From: Octopus sinensis | Taxonomy: Eukaryota | Direction of reading: 5' to 3' | Length of the DNA stretch: 9,293 bases | Assembly: GCF_006345805.1 (NCBI RefSeq) | Contig: NW_021827967.1 | Span: 1 to 9,293, forward strand | Shown: piece after piece, positions 1 through 9,293 of the stretch | Position numbering within the stretch: the first letter of the stretch is position 1 | Layout of the letters: the number at the start of each line of letters is the position of its first letter | Notes under the pieces: model-generated | The model's database searches: none | Seen by the model: the letters and a program-made list of their open reading frames with translations, nothing else | Told to the model about the DNA's origin: nothing | Translations under genes and position numbers: made by a program

Positions 1-992
1 GGCATCGTGAATTCAAACTTGGTCGGAACTGTGGAAACAGCTCCAGATCTGGTCGCCCCTTCTGTCCTGCCATTGATGAGGCATCTGCCCGTCAAGTTTG
101 AGGCTGCCATTTTGGAAGATCGACGCAATAACTATTCGCCAAATAGCCCATGAAGTCAAGATTAGTACCGGGTCTGTGGAAACTATCATTCATGACCATT
201 TACATATGCAAAAGGTTTCTGCCAGATGGATTCCCAGGTTGCTCACACCTTCCAGAAGCAAGAACGCGTCGAATGCTCGAGGGTAAATTTGGAGATGTGC
301 CAAGAAGATGAGTCAAAATATTTCAAAAGACTGATTACACAGGATGAAACCTGGGTCCATCACTATGATCCAGAGACCAAACCCCAGTCAATGCAGTGGA
401 AGCGCCGTGACTCCCTCCTCAAAGAAGGGCAAGGTTTGCAGCCCTCTCTGGCAAGGTTCACGCTCACAGTCTTCTGGGATCAGGACGGAGTAGTGATGAC
501 AGATTTTCTGGCAAGGGTACCACAATTACAGGAGCCTATTATGCTTCACTTTTGAGGAAATTAAGAGAAGCTATCAAAATCAAGAGGCGGGGCAAGATCA
601 GCAAAGGCATCCTCCTCCTGCAGGACAACGCTCCGGTCCACAACTCGCGTGTCGCCAGATCAAAAGCACAGGCGTGCGGCTATGAACTTCTCCCCCATCC
701 TCCTACTCTCCTGATCTTGCACCCTCTGATTTTCACCTCTTCCCAGCCATGAAGTTGTTTTTGAAAGGAAAGCGTTTACCAATGATGCAGCCTTGATTTC
801 TGAAGTCACGTCGTGGTTGGAGGACCAAGCTGGGGTCTTCTACAAAAACGGTATCCAGAGCTGCATCAAACGATGGGAGAAATGAGTAACTCTGGGTGGT
901 TCCTATGTAGAAAAAGACTAATACCTGTGCCGAGTTTTGTTGCTCTACTACTATGGGAAGTGGGTCAGGGGCATTACTTATGAACGCCCCTC

Positions 993-995
<3 letters not shown>
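1..995 (+). mobile_element. Mariner (Tc1/mariner, DD34D) DNA transposon; 5' end lies outside the window
   Basis: Transposase motifs throughout 2-921. It ends in TTATGAACGCCCCTCG+TA (991-995 = TCGTA), the reverse complement of a TACGAGGG-type mariner TIR, and runs directly into a (TA)n tract (TA target). Confidence 0.93.
2..921 (+). pseudogene. Mariner transposase, multiply frameshifted, with a premature stop near the C-terminus
   Basis: Across frames: HREFKLGR..VET..RSGRP (HTH), TIRQIAHEVKISTGSVETIIHDHL, KVSARWIPRLLT (WVPHEL-equivalent), LITQDETWVHHYDPETK (D1, GAT 343-345), VFWD, LLQDNAPVH (D2, GAC 624-626), HPP(Y)SPDLAPSDFHLF (D3, GAT 728-730; 104 nt after D2 = D34D minus a 1-bp deletion), then GIQSCIKRWEK*VTLGGSYVEKD* ending at TAA 919-921. 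Confidence 0.93.
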
Positions 996-1040
<45 letters not shown>

Positions 1041-1041
1041 T

Positions 1042-1080
<39 letters not shown>
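994..1080. repeat. (TA)n microsatellite, interrupted
   Basis: Direct reading. Confidence 0.97.
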
Positions 1081-1162
1081 GACATTTTGATTTAGTTCAC
1101 GGACCCCAGTACTACTTTTACGGACCATCTGGGGTCCGCGGATCACAGGTTGGGAACCACAG
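1081..1162. mobile_element. Terminal fragment of a hAT-like non-autonomous element (MITE)
   Basis: Ends GGTTGGGAACCACAG (1148-1162), one mismatch from the reverse complement of the CAGTGGTTCCCAACC-type hAT/Charlie TIR. It is preceded by GGGGTCCGCGGATCAC and an internal 9-bp IR (GGACCCCAG / CTGGGGTCC). The partner TIR is not in the window. Confidence 0.5.
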
Positions 1163-1439
1163 TCGTAGAATATATACTTACTGTTCGCTAATGTAGTGCA
1201 TTGATATTGACCTTTGTTGTGTGTGCATCAACCGAAACATGGCAAAAACCGATAGAAATGTTCAAATCAAATTACTCTACAACAATTTCAAAGATGAAAA
1301 CTTTATGAATGTACACGATAATCGTCAAGATTTACTTTAAGGTGCATGCGACAAAATCGATCCCTCATACAACAATAAACAAATACACAAGAAGCTTGCA
1401 GATTATCGGTTTCAATTAGGAGGAGAATGGAACTGTGAT

Positions 1440-1585
1440 TCCTGAACTACTATTTTATACTATTGATCCCAGAAGGATGTAAAGCGAAGATGACGTCGGT
1501 GAGATTTGAAATGAGAACGTAAGGAACCGGACGAAATACGGCCATAGATTTCTTCCGATTGCCTCACGATTCTGTGGAACATCAC
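1440..1585 (-). mobile_element. Old, diverged copy of the tRNA-derived SINE seen at 2224-2456
   Basis: Colinear degenerate match to 2315-2450, e.g. GATCCCAGAAGGATGTAAAGCGAAGATGACGTCGGTGAGATTTGAAATGAGAACGTAAGGAACCGGACGAAATACGGC vs GACCCGGAAATGATGAAAGGCAAAGTCGACCTCGGCGGAATTTGAACTCAGAACGTAACGGCAGACGAAATACGGC. Confidence 0.75.
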
Positions 1586-1786
1586 AACGAAAGGTAAGTC
1601 TACGGAATCAAAGATGAAGAACATGTTGCAAAACTTCTCAATTTTCTGAGAAAGACATTTTTGTTTCTTTCGCGCGATTCAATTGAGTCTGATTTTATAC
1701 GTTACAGAGATAAGATTTCTCAGTAATTTGCGAAACAATAAGACTCATCTCCTGCTCAGACTTGATTTACAAAATGGATGGCGTTT

Positions 1787-1908
<122 letters not shown>

Positions 1909-2120
1909 ACACACAAACGTATGCATAAATATGTCTCTTTATCGGAATATGTCTCTGTGCCTGTGTGCATGTGAGCGTATGTGTGTGTGTGTGTATCTGT
2001 CTATCTGTTTTTGTGTCTGTTTGTGTGTGTGTCTGTCTTTCTGCCTAGATGGTTGTGTGACTAAGAGGTTTGCTTCGCAACGACGTCGCTGCTTCGGTGT
2101 CAGTCTGCCGCGTAACATCT

Positions 2121-2223
2121 CCCCAGTGCGTAACTGGTACTTAATTTATCGACCTCGAAATGATGAAAGGCAAAGTAGAGCTCGGCGGAATTTGAACTCA
2201 GAACGTAACGGCAGACGAAATAC
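2121..2223 (-). mobile_element. Tandem partial duplicate (B-box plus core) of the adjacent SINE
   Basis: 103 bp matching 2305-2407 with 5 substitutions by my count. Confidence 0.9.
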
Positions 2224-2456
2224 CTATTTCTTTACTAACCACAAGGGGCTACACACAGAGGGGAGAAACAAGGAGAGGCGAACGGATCAAGTTGATTATA
2301 TCGACCCCAGTGTGTAACTGGTACTTAATTTATCGACCCGGAAATGATGAAAGGCAAAGTCGACCTCGGCGGAATTTGAACTCAGAACGTAACGGCAGAC
2401 GAAATACGGCTACGCATTTCGCCCGGCGTGCTAACGTTTCTGCCAGCTCGCCGCCT
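2224..2456 (-). mobile_element. tRNA-derived (Pol III) SINE, full length, with a Meta/MESC-like core domain
   Basis: The minus strand reads AGGCGGCGAGCTGGCAGAAACG (A-box, plus 2435-2445) ... GAGTTCAAATTCC (B-box, plus 2371-2383), then GTCGACTTTGCCTTTCATCATTTCCGGGTCGATAAATTAAGTACCAG, resembling the Meta-SINE core (from recall), and ends in an AAAGAAATA tail. Confidence 0.85.
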
Positions 2457-2464
2457 AAAGACAA

Positions 2465-2523
2465 ATGATAATAATAATCATCATCATCATAATAATCATA
2501 ATAATAATAATAATAATAATAAT
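2465..2523. repeat. (AAT/CAT)n trinucleotide microsatellite
   Basis: Direct reading; abuts the SINE 5' end. Confidence 0.97.
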
Positions 2524-3595
2524 ACGCTTATTTGTCTACAGCGAGCAATCTTTGTCCATAACAAAATACAGTAAATGGCCTTCACACGGGTTCGAATACT
2601 GCTCAAACATACGCATTTCATTCGTTGCAAATGCGGTGATTTCATTAGGAAGGCTGTTTCAATACGAAGAAAACTTTGCTTTTCTTTTTTAGGATAGCAT
2701 CAAAGAACAAAAGTAAGATCACTAACAACTCTACAGTAATGTAATGTCTTCTGAGTATTACTCCATACTGTGTAATATTGCGCTGTCTGCCCTAATCGCT
2801 TTGCCCTTAGATGTATCTTTGTGTTCAAAAATGCCTGAATCCAAAATGTATAAAGCGTAAATTTCGTGTTCCTGAATAGACAGAAGCGTTGCGGTGGAAT
2901 CACTGACCCAAATCAAATGTTTACACTGATGCAATTAATCTGAATATTCACACAATTAAATCTTTTTATTTCGTTTTCAAACCCTCTAAGACGCTTGGAA
3001 TACAGAAATTCTTATATAAACAGAACTAATGGGGTTGTTTATAGGTCTTGGATGCTTTCGTTCTGTCTTGTTTTATTTTATTATTTCAAGGGACAGGCAT
3101 TGCATCGTTTGCCTTAACAACAGGATCAATTATAATGAGAAGTAAGACAAAATTTCGGCAGAAAGGGGGGATTTGACCTACTTACCGAAACAGATGACCC
3201 ACATTATCAGTTTTCAAAACTAGTTTCGACGTAAGAGGTTTCAGTCTCATCCACCCAAACCCAGATTGTTTTGTAACAAGAACTGGATTTCTATTGCTAG
3301 ACCTCTTCTATCGGTATTTGCATTTCCTTTGTGGCACATTACGGAACATTGAAATAGAGACTCAATGCATAAACACGAAGCAGTGTCGGACATTCAACTT
3401 CATCTGTCATGGAAAGATACTTAATCGCATTTATTCCAATCTACCTCGCAGAAAATTACATTCATACATGTCGATCTCAAAAGACAGCAATGTGCTTCCA
3501 TGGATAAGTTAACCAATGAATACGCGCAGCTTTACATACATACTCATTCACAGACACACAAACGCACAAATAAGCACACACACACAAGAGTGTGA

Positions 3596-3603
<8 letters not shown>

Positions 3604-3644
<41 letters not shown>

Positions 3645-3678
3645 TATATAATATATATATATTATATATATATAATAA
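3604..3678. repeat. (TA)n microsatellite preceded by CA/GT repeats
   Basis: Direct reading; forms the left flank of the 3679-5596 element. Confidence 0.96.
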
Positions 3679-3850
3679 TAAATATTAGGAAATAAATCCA
3701 AATTTCAGGGAAAAATCAGATTTAGGATTAAATCTAATTTTATAGTAAAAATATATAAAAATTTATTAGAGACAAAACCACTATTTTGCAAAACAAACAA
3801 GGAAAGACTTAATCAATACATAAAATTTTAATAAATAGTCAAAAAAACCG

Positions 3851-3891
3851 CCACTACATTGTTTTTGTCTTGATCGACAATCTTCAGGTGG
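3851..3891 (-). ncRNA. Minimal type I hammerhead ribozyme motif (this copy lesioned)
   Basis: Minus strand: CCAC-CUGAAGA-U-UGUC-GAUCAA-GACA-AAAA-CAAUG-UA-GUGG. Stem I is CCAC/GUGG and stem II is UGUC/GACA. G12 is read as A here, while the inverted copy (5483-5507) reads GACA-GAAAA-CAAUUG-UA-GUGG. The composite is canonical with a palindromic stem III (CAAUUG) and a GUA cleavage triplet. Confidence 0.7.
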
Positions 3892-4327
3892 ACTTCCAAT
3901 CTAAAATATCAATATTTAAAATATAAAAATAATAATTTTAAAATAATTAAAGTATGAATGAAAAAATATAAATATATAATCCATATATAACCTATATATA
4001 ATCCATTATAATCAATATATAAAACAATATATAAACTAAATAAACCTATCAACAATTAAATATAAAATATAAAATATAAAATATAAAATATAAAACAAAA
4101 CAAAAAAATAATAATAATATAAAATAAACTATATATACACCCATACACTATAACCTAATTATATATAACCATATCTAACTACATACACTAAATCACACAC
4201 CTATATATATATATCCCTATACATACCATAAACCGTCTAGGCAACTATAAATAAATAAAATAGATAAATACTTCAAAACACCACTTATTCATACTCCCAC
4301 ACACACACACATACAACCCACATTCAC

Positions 4328-5480
4328 GCTCTAGAAAACGGACATCACTTAAAATTATGAACGGAGAAATGGAATAAATGGAATTAAAAATTATATTCAC
4401 TTGGTAAAACGAACACTACTTAAAAATTATGAATGAAACAAGCAATAAAACAACAGACATCGAATAGACACAATTACTACGAATCCTTAACAAACCTACC
4501 ATGATAAACCAAAACTCATAAAAACATATAATGATAAAATCTCCCTTTACTAAACTCTATAACATACCTATATAGCAATCCCCCTAACCTAAACATTCAC
4601 ACACAAATACACACACGTAAACCACACACCCACGACATATACAAATACCCACACACTACACATACTATACATACATATAAACCTCAACATATACTCCAAA
4701 AACCCACTCAACCCCACACAGACAAATAAACACAAAAATTATGAATGGATTCTTTTATAAAACTACCATGATAAGCTACTAAAACTCACAAAACATAAAT
4801 GATAAAACCTCCCTTTACTAAACACTATAACATACTTATATAGCAATCCCTTTAACCTATACATTCACACACAAAACACACACGTAAACCACACACCCAT
4901 AACAAATACAAACACCCACCCCCCTACACACACCCACAAGTACATATACGCCTCAACATATACACCAAACAAATTACTTTACCAGGGAACTAACATATGT
5001 ATAAAAAGTATAACCGCTCTGGAAACGAACATCTTTTAAAAATAATGAATGGAGAAATGGAATAAATGGAATTAAAAATAATATTCACGTGGCAAAACGA
5101 ACCACCACTCAAAAATTATGAATGAAACAATGTAATAAAACAACCAACATCGAAAATAGACAAATTACCACGAATTCCCTAAAAAAAACCATGATAAACC
5201 AAAACTCTTAAAAACATATAACGATAAAATCTCCCTTTGCTAAACTCTATAACAAACCTATATAGCAATCCCCCTAACCTAAACATTCACACACAAAAAA
5301 ACACACACGTAAACACAGACCCACGACTTATACACATACCTATACTAACTTATAAACCTCAATATACACCAAAAACCCACTCCCTCCCCCACACAGACAA
5401 ATTAACACATACATCCCAAAACCTAAATAACAAACCATATACACATTCACACACAAACACACACACACGCAAAACACACA
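4328..5480. repeat. Diverged tandem direct repeats (unit ~400 bp; two near-full copies plus partial copies)
   Basis: Copy A 4328-4733 and copy C 5016-5408 are colinear (GGAGAAATGGAATAAATGGAATTAAAAA; CCATGATAAACCAAAACTC; TATAGCAATCCCCCTAACCTAAACATTCACACACAAA). Partial copy B is ~4734-4970 and a further fragment is ~5430-5480. Confidence 0.9.
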
Positions 5481-5594
5481 TATCAAGACAGAAAACAATT
5501 GTAGTGGCGGTTTTTTGACTATTTATTAAAATTTTATGTATTGATTAAGTCTTTCCTTGTTTGTTTTGCAAAATAGTGGTTTTGTCTCTAATAA

Positions 5595-5596
<2 letters not shown>

Positions 5597-5648
<52 letters not shown>

Positions 5649-5701
5649 ATGGGTATATATATATGCATGTATACATGTATATATGGCACACACACACACA
5701 T

Positions 5702-5748
<47 letters not shown>
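5597..5748. repeat. (TA)n/(CA)n compound microsatellite
   Basis: Direct reading. Confidence 0.96.
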
Positions 5749-5751
<3 letters not shown>

Positions 5752-5975
5752 TTGTTATATTTCGAATGGTCATTTTGCCAGTTTAGCCAATAAAAACACA
5801 CGCACTATATATTTGGTGTATTTTGCTTCAGTGTTATTTATTTTTTACATTAATCTTAATCTTATTTCGGCCATAGTTCTTTCGTCACACTCCTGTGACC
5901 GCATCAGTGGTCCTTTGTTTCGTGTGTTTTTATTGGCTAAACTGGCAAAATGACCATTCCGAAATATATCAATAT
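5749..5975 (-). mobile_element. 227-bp mini-element with ~54-bp inverted termini enclosing a hammerhead-like motif
   Basis: 5749-5802 is the reverse complement of 5921-5975 with one mismatch and one indel. The ORF track shows [13 protein letters not shown] on both strands, confirming the IR. An HHR-like fold occupies 5869-5913. Confidence 0.8.
5869..5913 (-). ncRNA. Minimal type I hammerhead-like motif with variant core
   Basis: Minus strand: GGACCA-CUGAUGC-G-GUCACA-GGAG-UGUGAC-GAAA-GAAC-UA-UGGCC. Stem I is CCA/UGG; stem II is 6 bp closed by G10.1-C11.1 with a tetraloop; GAAA is intact; stem III is minimal; the triplet is CUA. Position 9 is C rather than the canonical A. Confidence 0.6.
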
Positions 5976-6032
5976 CTGTTTCAACACACGACTTCACATA
6001 AAAAATCTTGCACAACAAATATATAAACGTAC

Positions 6033-6035
<3 letters not shown>

Positions 6036-6075
<40 letters not shown>

Positions 6076-6099
6076 TATATATATATATATATATAAATA

Positions 6100-6162
<63 letters not shown>

Positions 6163-6270
6163 GCATATATTACATACAAATATATACATATATACATATA
6201 TACATATATACATATATATATGCATGTATGCATGTATGTATGTATGTATGTATGTGTGTATGTATGTATA
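6036..6270. repeat. (CA)n-(TA)n-(TATG)n compound microsatellite
   Basis: Direct reading. Confidence 0.96.
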
Positions 6271-6314
6271 GAATGTTAGGGGTGATGTACAGAAATTGAA
6301 TATTGGGAAACGAT

Positions 6315-7050
<736 letters not shown>

Positions 7051-7054
7051 TTTT

Positions 7055-7059
7055 CTCTC

Positions 7060-7090
<31 letters not shown>

Positions 7091-7091
7091 C

Positions 7092-7123
<32 letters not shown>

Positions 7124-7135
7124 CACACACACAAC

Positions 7136-7175
<40 letters not shown>
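7055..7175. repeat. (CT)n-(CA)n-(TA)n compound microsatellite
   Basis: Direct reading. Confidence 0.96.
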
Positions 7176-7180
<5 letters not shown>

Positions 7181-7571
7181 GCACAAATTACAAATTACAA
7201 GCAAATACTGAAACATGCACGCATATGTACGTGTGTATATATGATATATACATTTATATATATGCATATCTGTGTATATGTATGTGTGTGTGTGCGCACA
7301 TGTGTATATATAAAACACTGTATATACGTGTGTGTATGTATGAATATCGGTCTATCTGTGTGTTTATCTGTCTATGTATGTATACACATATGTGTGTATG
7401 TGTGTATGTATGAATAAAGGCGGAAATATATATGTGTGTGTGTCTGTGTGTGTTGTGTGTATATATATATGCATGTATGTATGTATATAGTTATGTTGTA
7501 TTCCGTTATGATCGTATTAGATTAGAGTATAGAGCTCGTCCACCTTCAGAATAACCCTGTAGTATATGTAA

Positions 7572-7636
<65 letters not shown>

Positions 7637-7648
7637 TATTATTATTAT
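7572..7648. repeat. (ATT)n microsatellite
   Basis: Direct reading. Confidence 0.97.
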
Positions 7649-7689
7649 ATTTCAACCCTAAAACACAACTGGATCACACTATGTAATGA

Positions 7690-8385
7690 TTATGTATAAT
7701 CAAATACCTGTATTATTGGAGAACTACATTGTGTCGAAACAATTGTAACGAATAATAAGCAAATATCCAACCGTACATCCTTTTCCTGGCTTCAATTTGT
7801 TCAATTATAATTCTGATACGCACTCTATACGATCTTTTTACTCTTTCGTTTCTCTCTGTCTTTCTCTTATTCTTTTACCGCTTCTTCTCCCACTATTCTC
7901 TCCTATTACTTTGCTACTCTCGCCCCCTCACTCTTCCCTTGCTCACGTGGCTCCGACGTGACCATCGGCCATCATTCTTTCTTCTCCTAACTTGTGTTTC
8001 TTTCTCTCCGTTGTAACTGAAACAAGTAAGGCGTGTTCTCGTCTGTCTTGAATTACGCGTTCGCCACCACAACCTCGTTTAGGCTTTCTAGCCCTTCCTG
8101 TTTGTTTTCACTGTTTGTGTTACCAATTTTGACCTCGGCAAAATCCCAAATTTTATTTAATTTGCTTTGCGCGAGCAACTGTTCTAGAAAGCGTATATTG
8201 TTGTTAAATGCTCGAAATACGAGAGCAGAAAACAACCAACAACTGATGAAGGGTCGTTCTTTATGTTGTTTGTCTTGTTTTCCATTTATGTCTTCCGTTG
8301 TTCAAAAAATAGTTCATTATTCATGTACTCGTACTTCGGATTTTTTTGTTGTACACGTTTCGTGACGTTCTGTGCTCACATATGC
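7690..8385. mobile_element. Probable dispersed non-autonomous repeat (possibly Penelope-related) with partial HHR-like motifs
   Basis: A complex block between microsatellites with a pyrimidine-rich tract (7840-8010). It contains GAAACAATTGTA (7736-7747; the same stem III/cleavage motif as at 5491-5503), CTGATGA (8243-8249) and, on the minus strand, CGAAACGTGTA near 8351-8362. Boundaries and family are uncertain. Confidence 0.4.
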
Positions 8386-8500
<115 letters not shown>

Positions 8501-9293
8501 AACAGTATAGATGTAAGTATGTACATATACATTTGTATATATGCATATGTGTATATATATGTGGTGTTTGCGTGTGTTTGCGTGTGGGTGTGTTTGTGTG
8601 TATATATTATATGTAATATATGTGTATTTATATGTACATGTTATATATATATATATATATACGTTTATATAAATATATTTACACACATGCCTACAATGTA
8701 CATATTTGCGTCGCACACACATACACAATATATAAATATATAATATATATATCGATATATATATATAATATATATATATATATATTATATATATGCATGT
8801 GTGTGTGCGTGGTGTATTTGTCAATCCCTACCATACCATAACTGTTAACGTAACATTTACAATTGAATCGATGTTGGCTCAAAATAACTGTTGTTTGATT
8901 TGTTTTAGAAAGAAATGCATTTCACCATCTCACTTCGAAGACGAGCGGAAAGTTTAAGCAAGAGATCATTCCTATTTATCGTCTCCTTCAAAGGTGTAAA
9001 GTTCAATTCCTGCAGAAGTGAATGAGTATAAATTTAAATGAAGAAAATAATGGCAGTTGATGCAGTCTTTCCTTCATAGTATCAGCGTCTGGGTTAAATC
9101 ACGTGATCAGCCCACGTAATAAAGAACCACTTTCTTGTGATAACCGACATTTGGAAAAGGGCGAGTGCTCGTTTTAGGGTGTGGTTATAACAGAAAGTTT
9201 GAAGATTTTTTGTTTGGGATTTAGTATTGTTTTTTAAACATGTTTTCACACTAATTCATTTATTGCATTTCGTATTTGCCCCAGATGTGTCTT

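Larger units (their letters stand above)
3679..5596 (-). mobile_element. Non-autonomous element with ~112-bp inverted termini and a hammerhead motif (Penelope-like/retrozyme-type)
   Basis: 3763-3874 is the reverse complement of 5482-5594, with about 3 single-base differences, all in or next to homopolymers. Both ends abut (TA)n. There is an HHR motif on the minus strand at 3851-3891, internal direct repeats, and no RT or endonuclease ORF. Family assignment is inference. Confidence 0.7.

Noticed and set aside
2050-2120. Possible degraded 5' fragment of a second SINE family on the plus strand
   Set aside because: Too short and diverged, with no clear A or B box to support a call.
3215-3256. 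Minus-strand TGGATGA-GAC...GTC-GAAAC-TA-GT as a hammerhead
   Set aside because: C3 and U4 are both wrong and there is no stem I; compatible with chance.
3294-3512. 72-aa ORF in unique sequence
   Set aside because: Non-ATG start, no recognisable motif, and a length expected by chance.
4328-5408. ADAR-type A>G signature between repeat copies
   Set aside because: Only about 5 T>C vs 2 C>T differences in the part I aligned, amid many indels; not distinguishable from ordinary transitions or read error.
3892-5480. Mitochondrial control-region insertion (NUMT), suggested by the G-poor strand
   Set aside because: No tRNA, rRNA or mitochondrial gene flanks; the HHR-bearing inverted arms explain the context better.
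4328-5480. CRISPR-like array
   Set aside because: Units are hundreds of bp long with no repeat-spacer pattern, in a eukaryotic context.
8210-8254. GCTC-GAAA ... CTGATGA-AGGGT as a type II hammerhead
   Set aside because: The intervening 25 nt cannot form stems III and I and contain no usable UH cleavage site.
8033-8365. 110-aa plus-strand and 60-aa minus-strand ORFs (8053-8235)
   Set aside because: No recognisable domain and no GIY-YIG or RT motif; they lie in a probable non-coding repeat.
9130-9197. Short imperfect inverted repeat (CTTTCTTGTGATAACC / GGTTATAACAGAAAG)
   Set aside because: About 15 bp with a mismatch and an indel, no TSD or second copy; plausible by chance.

Overview
Repeat-dense, AT-rich eukaryotic non-coding DNA with no convincing intact protein-coding gene. 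The SINE family and microsatellite mix resemble octopus/coleoid cephalopod genomes (inference from recall, not a search). Contents: a frameshifted DD34D mariner transposase with its 3' TIR (1-995), a hAT-like MITE end, tRNA-derived SINE copies on the minus strand and many microsatellites. The most interesting signal is two non-coding elements in TA-rich microsatellite context with the same design: a minimal type I hammerhead ribozyme (HHR) motif on the minus strand plus an inverted copy of the downstream tail at the other end (~3679-5596 and 5749-5975). This is the architecture expected of non-autonomous Penelope-like/retrozyme elements. The second has an atypical catalytic core (CUGAUGC). A third foldback (6315-7050) surrounds a (GATA)n tract. 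Many lesions are 1-bp indels in homopolymers, so long-read assembly error may account for part of the apparent decay. Most ORF-track entries are microsatellite translations.
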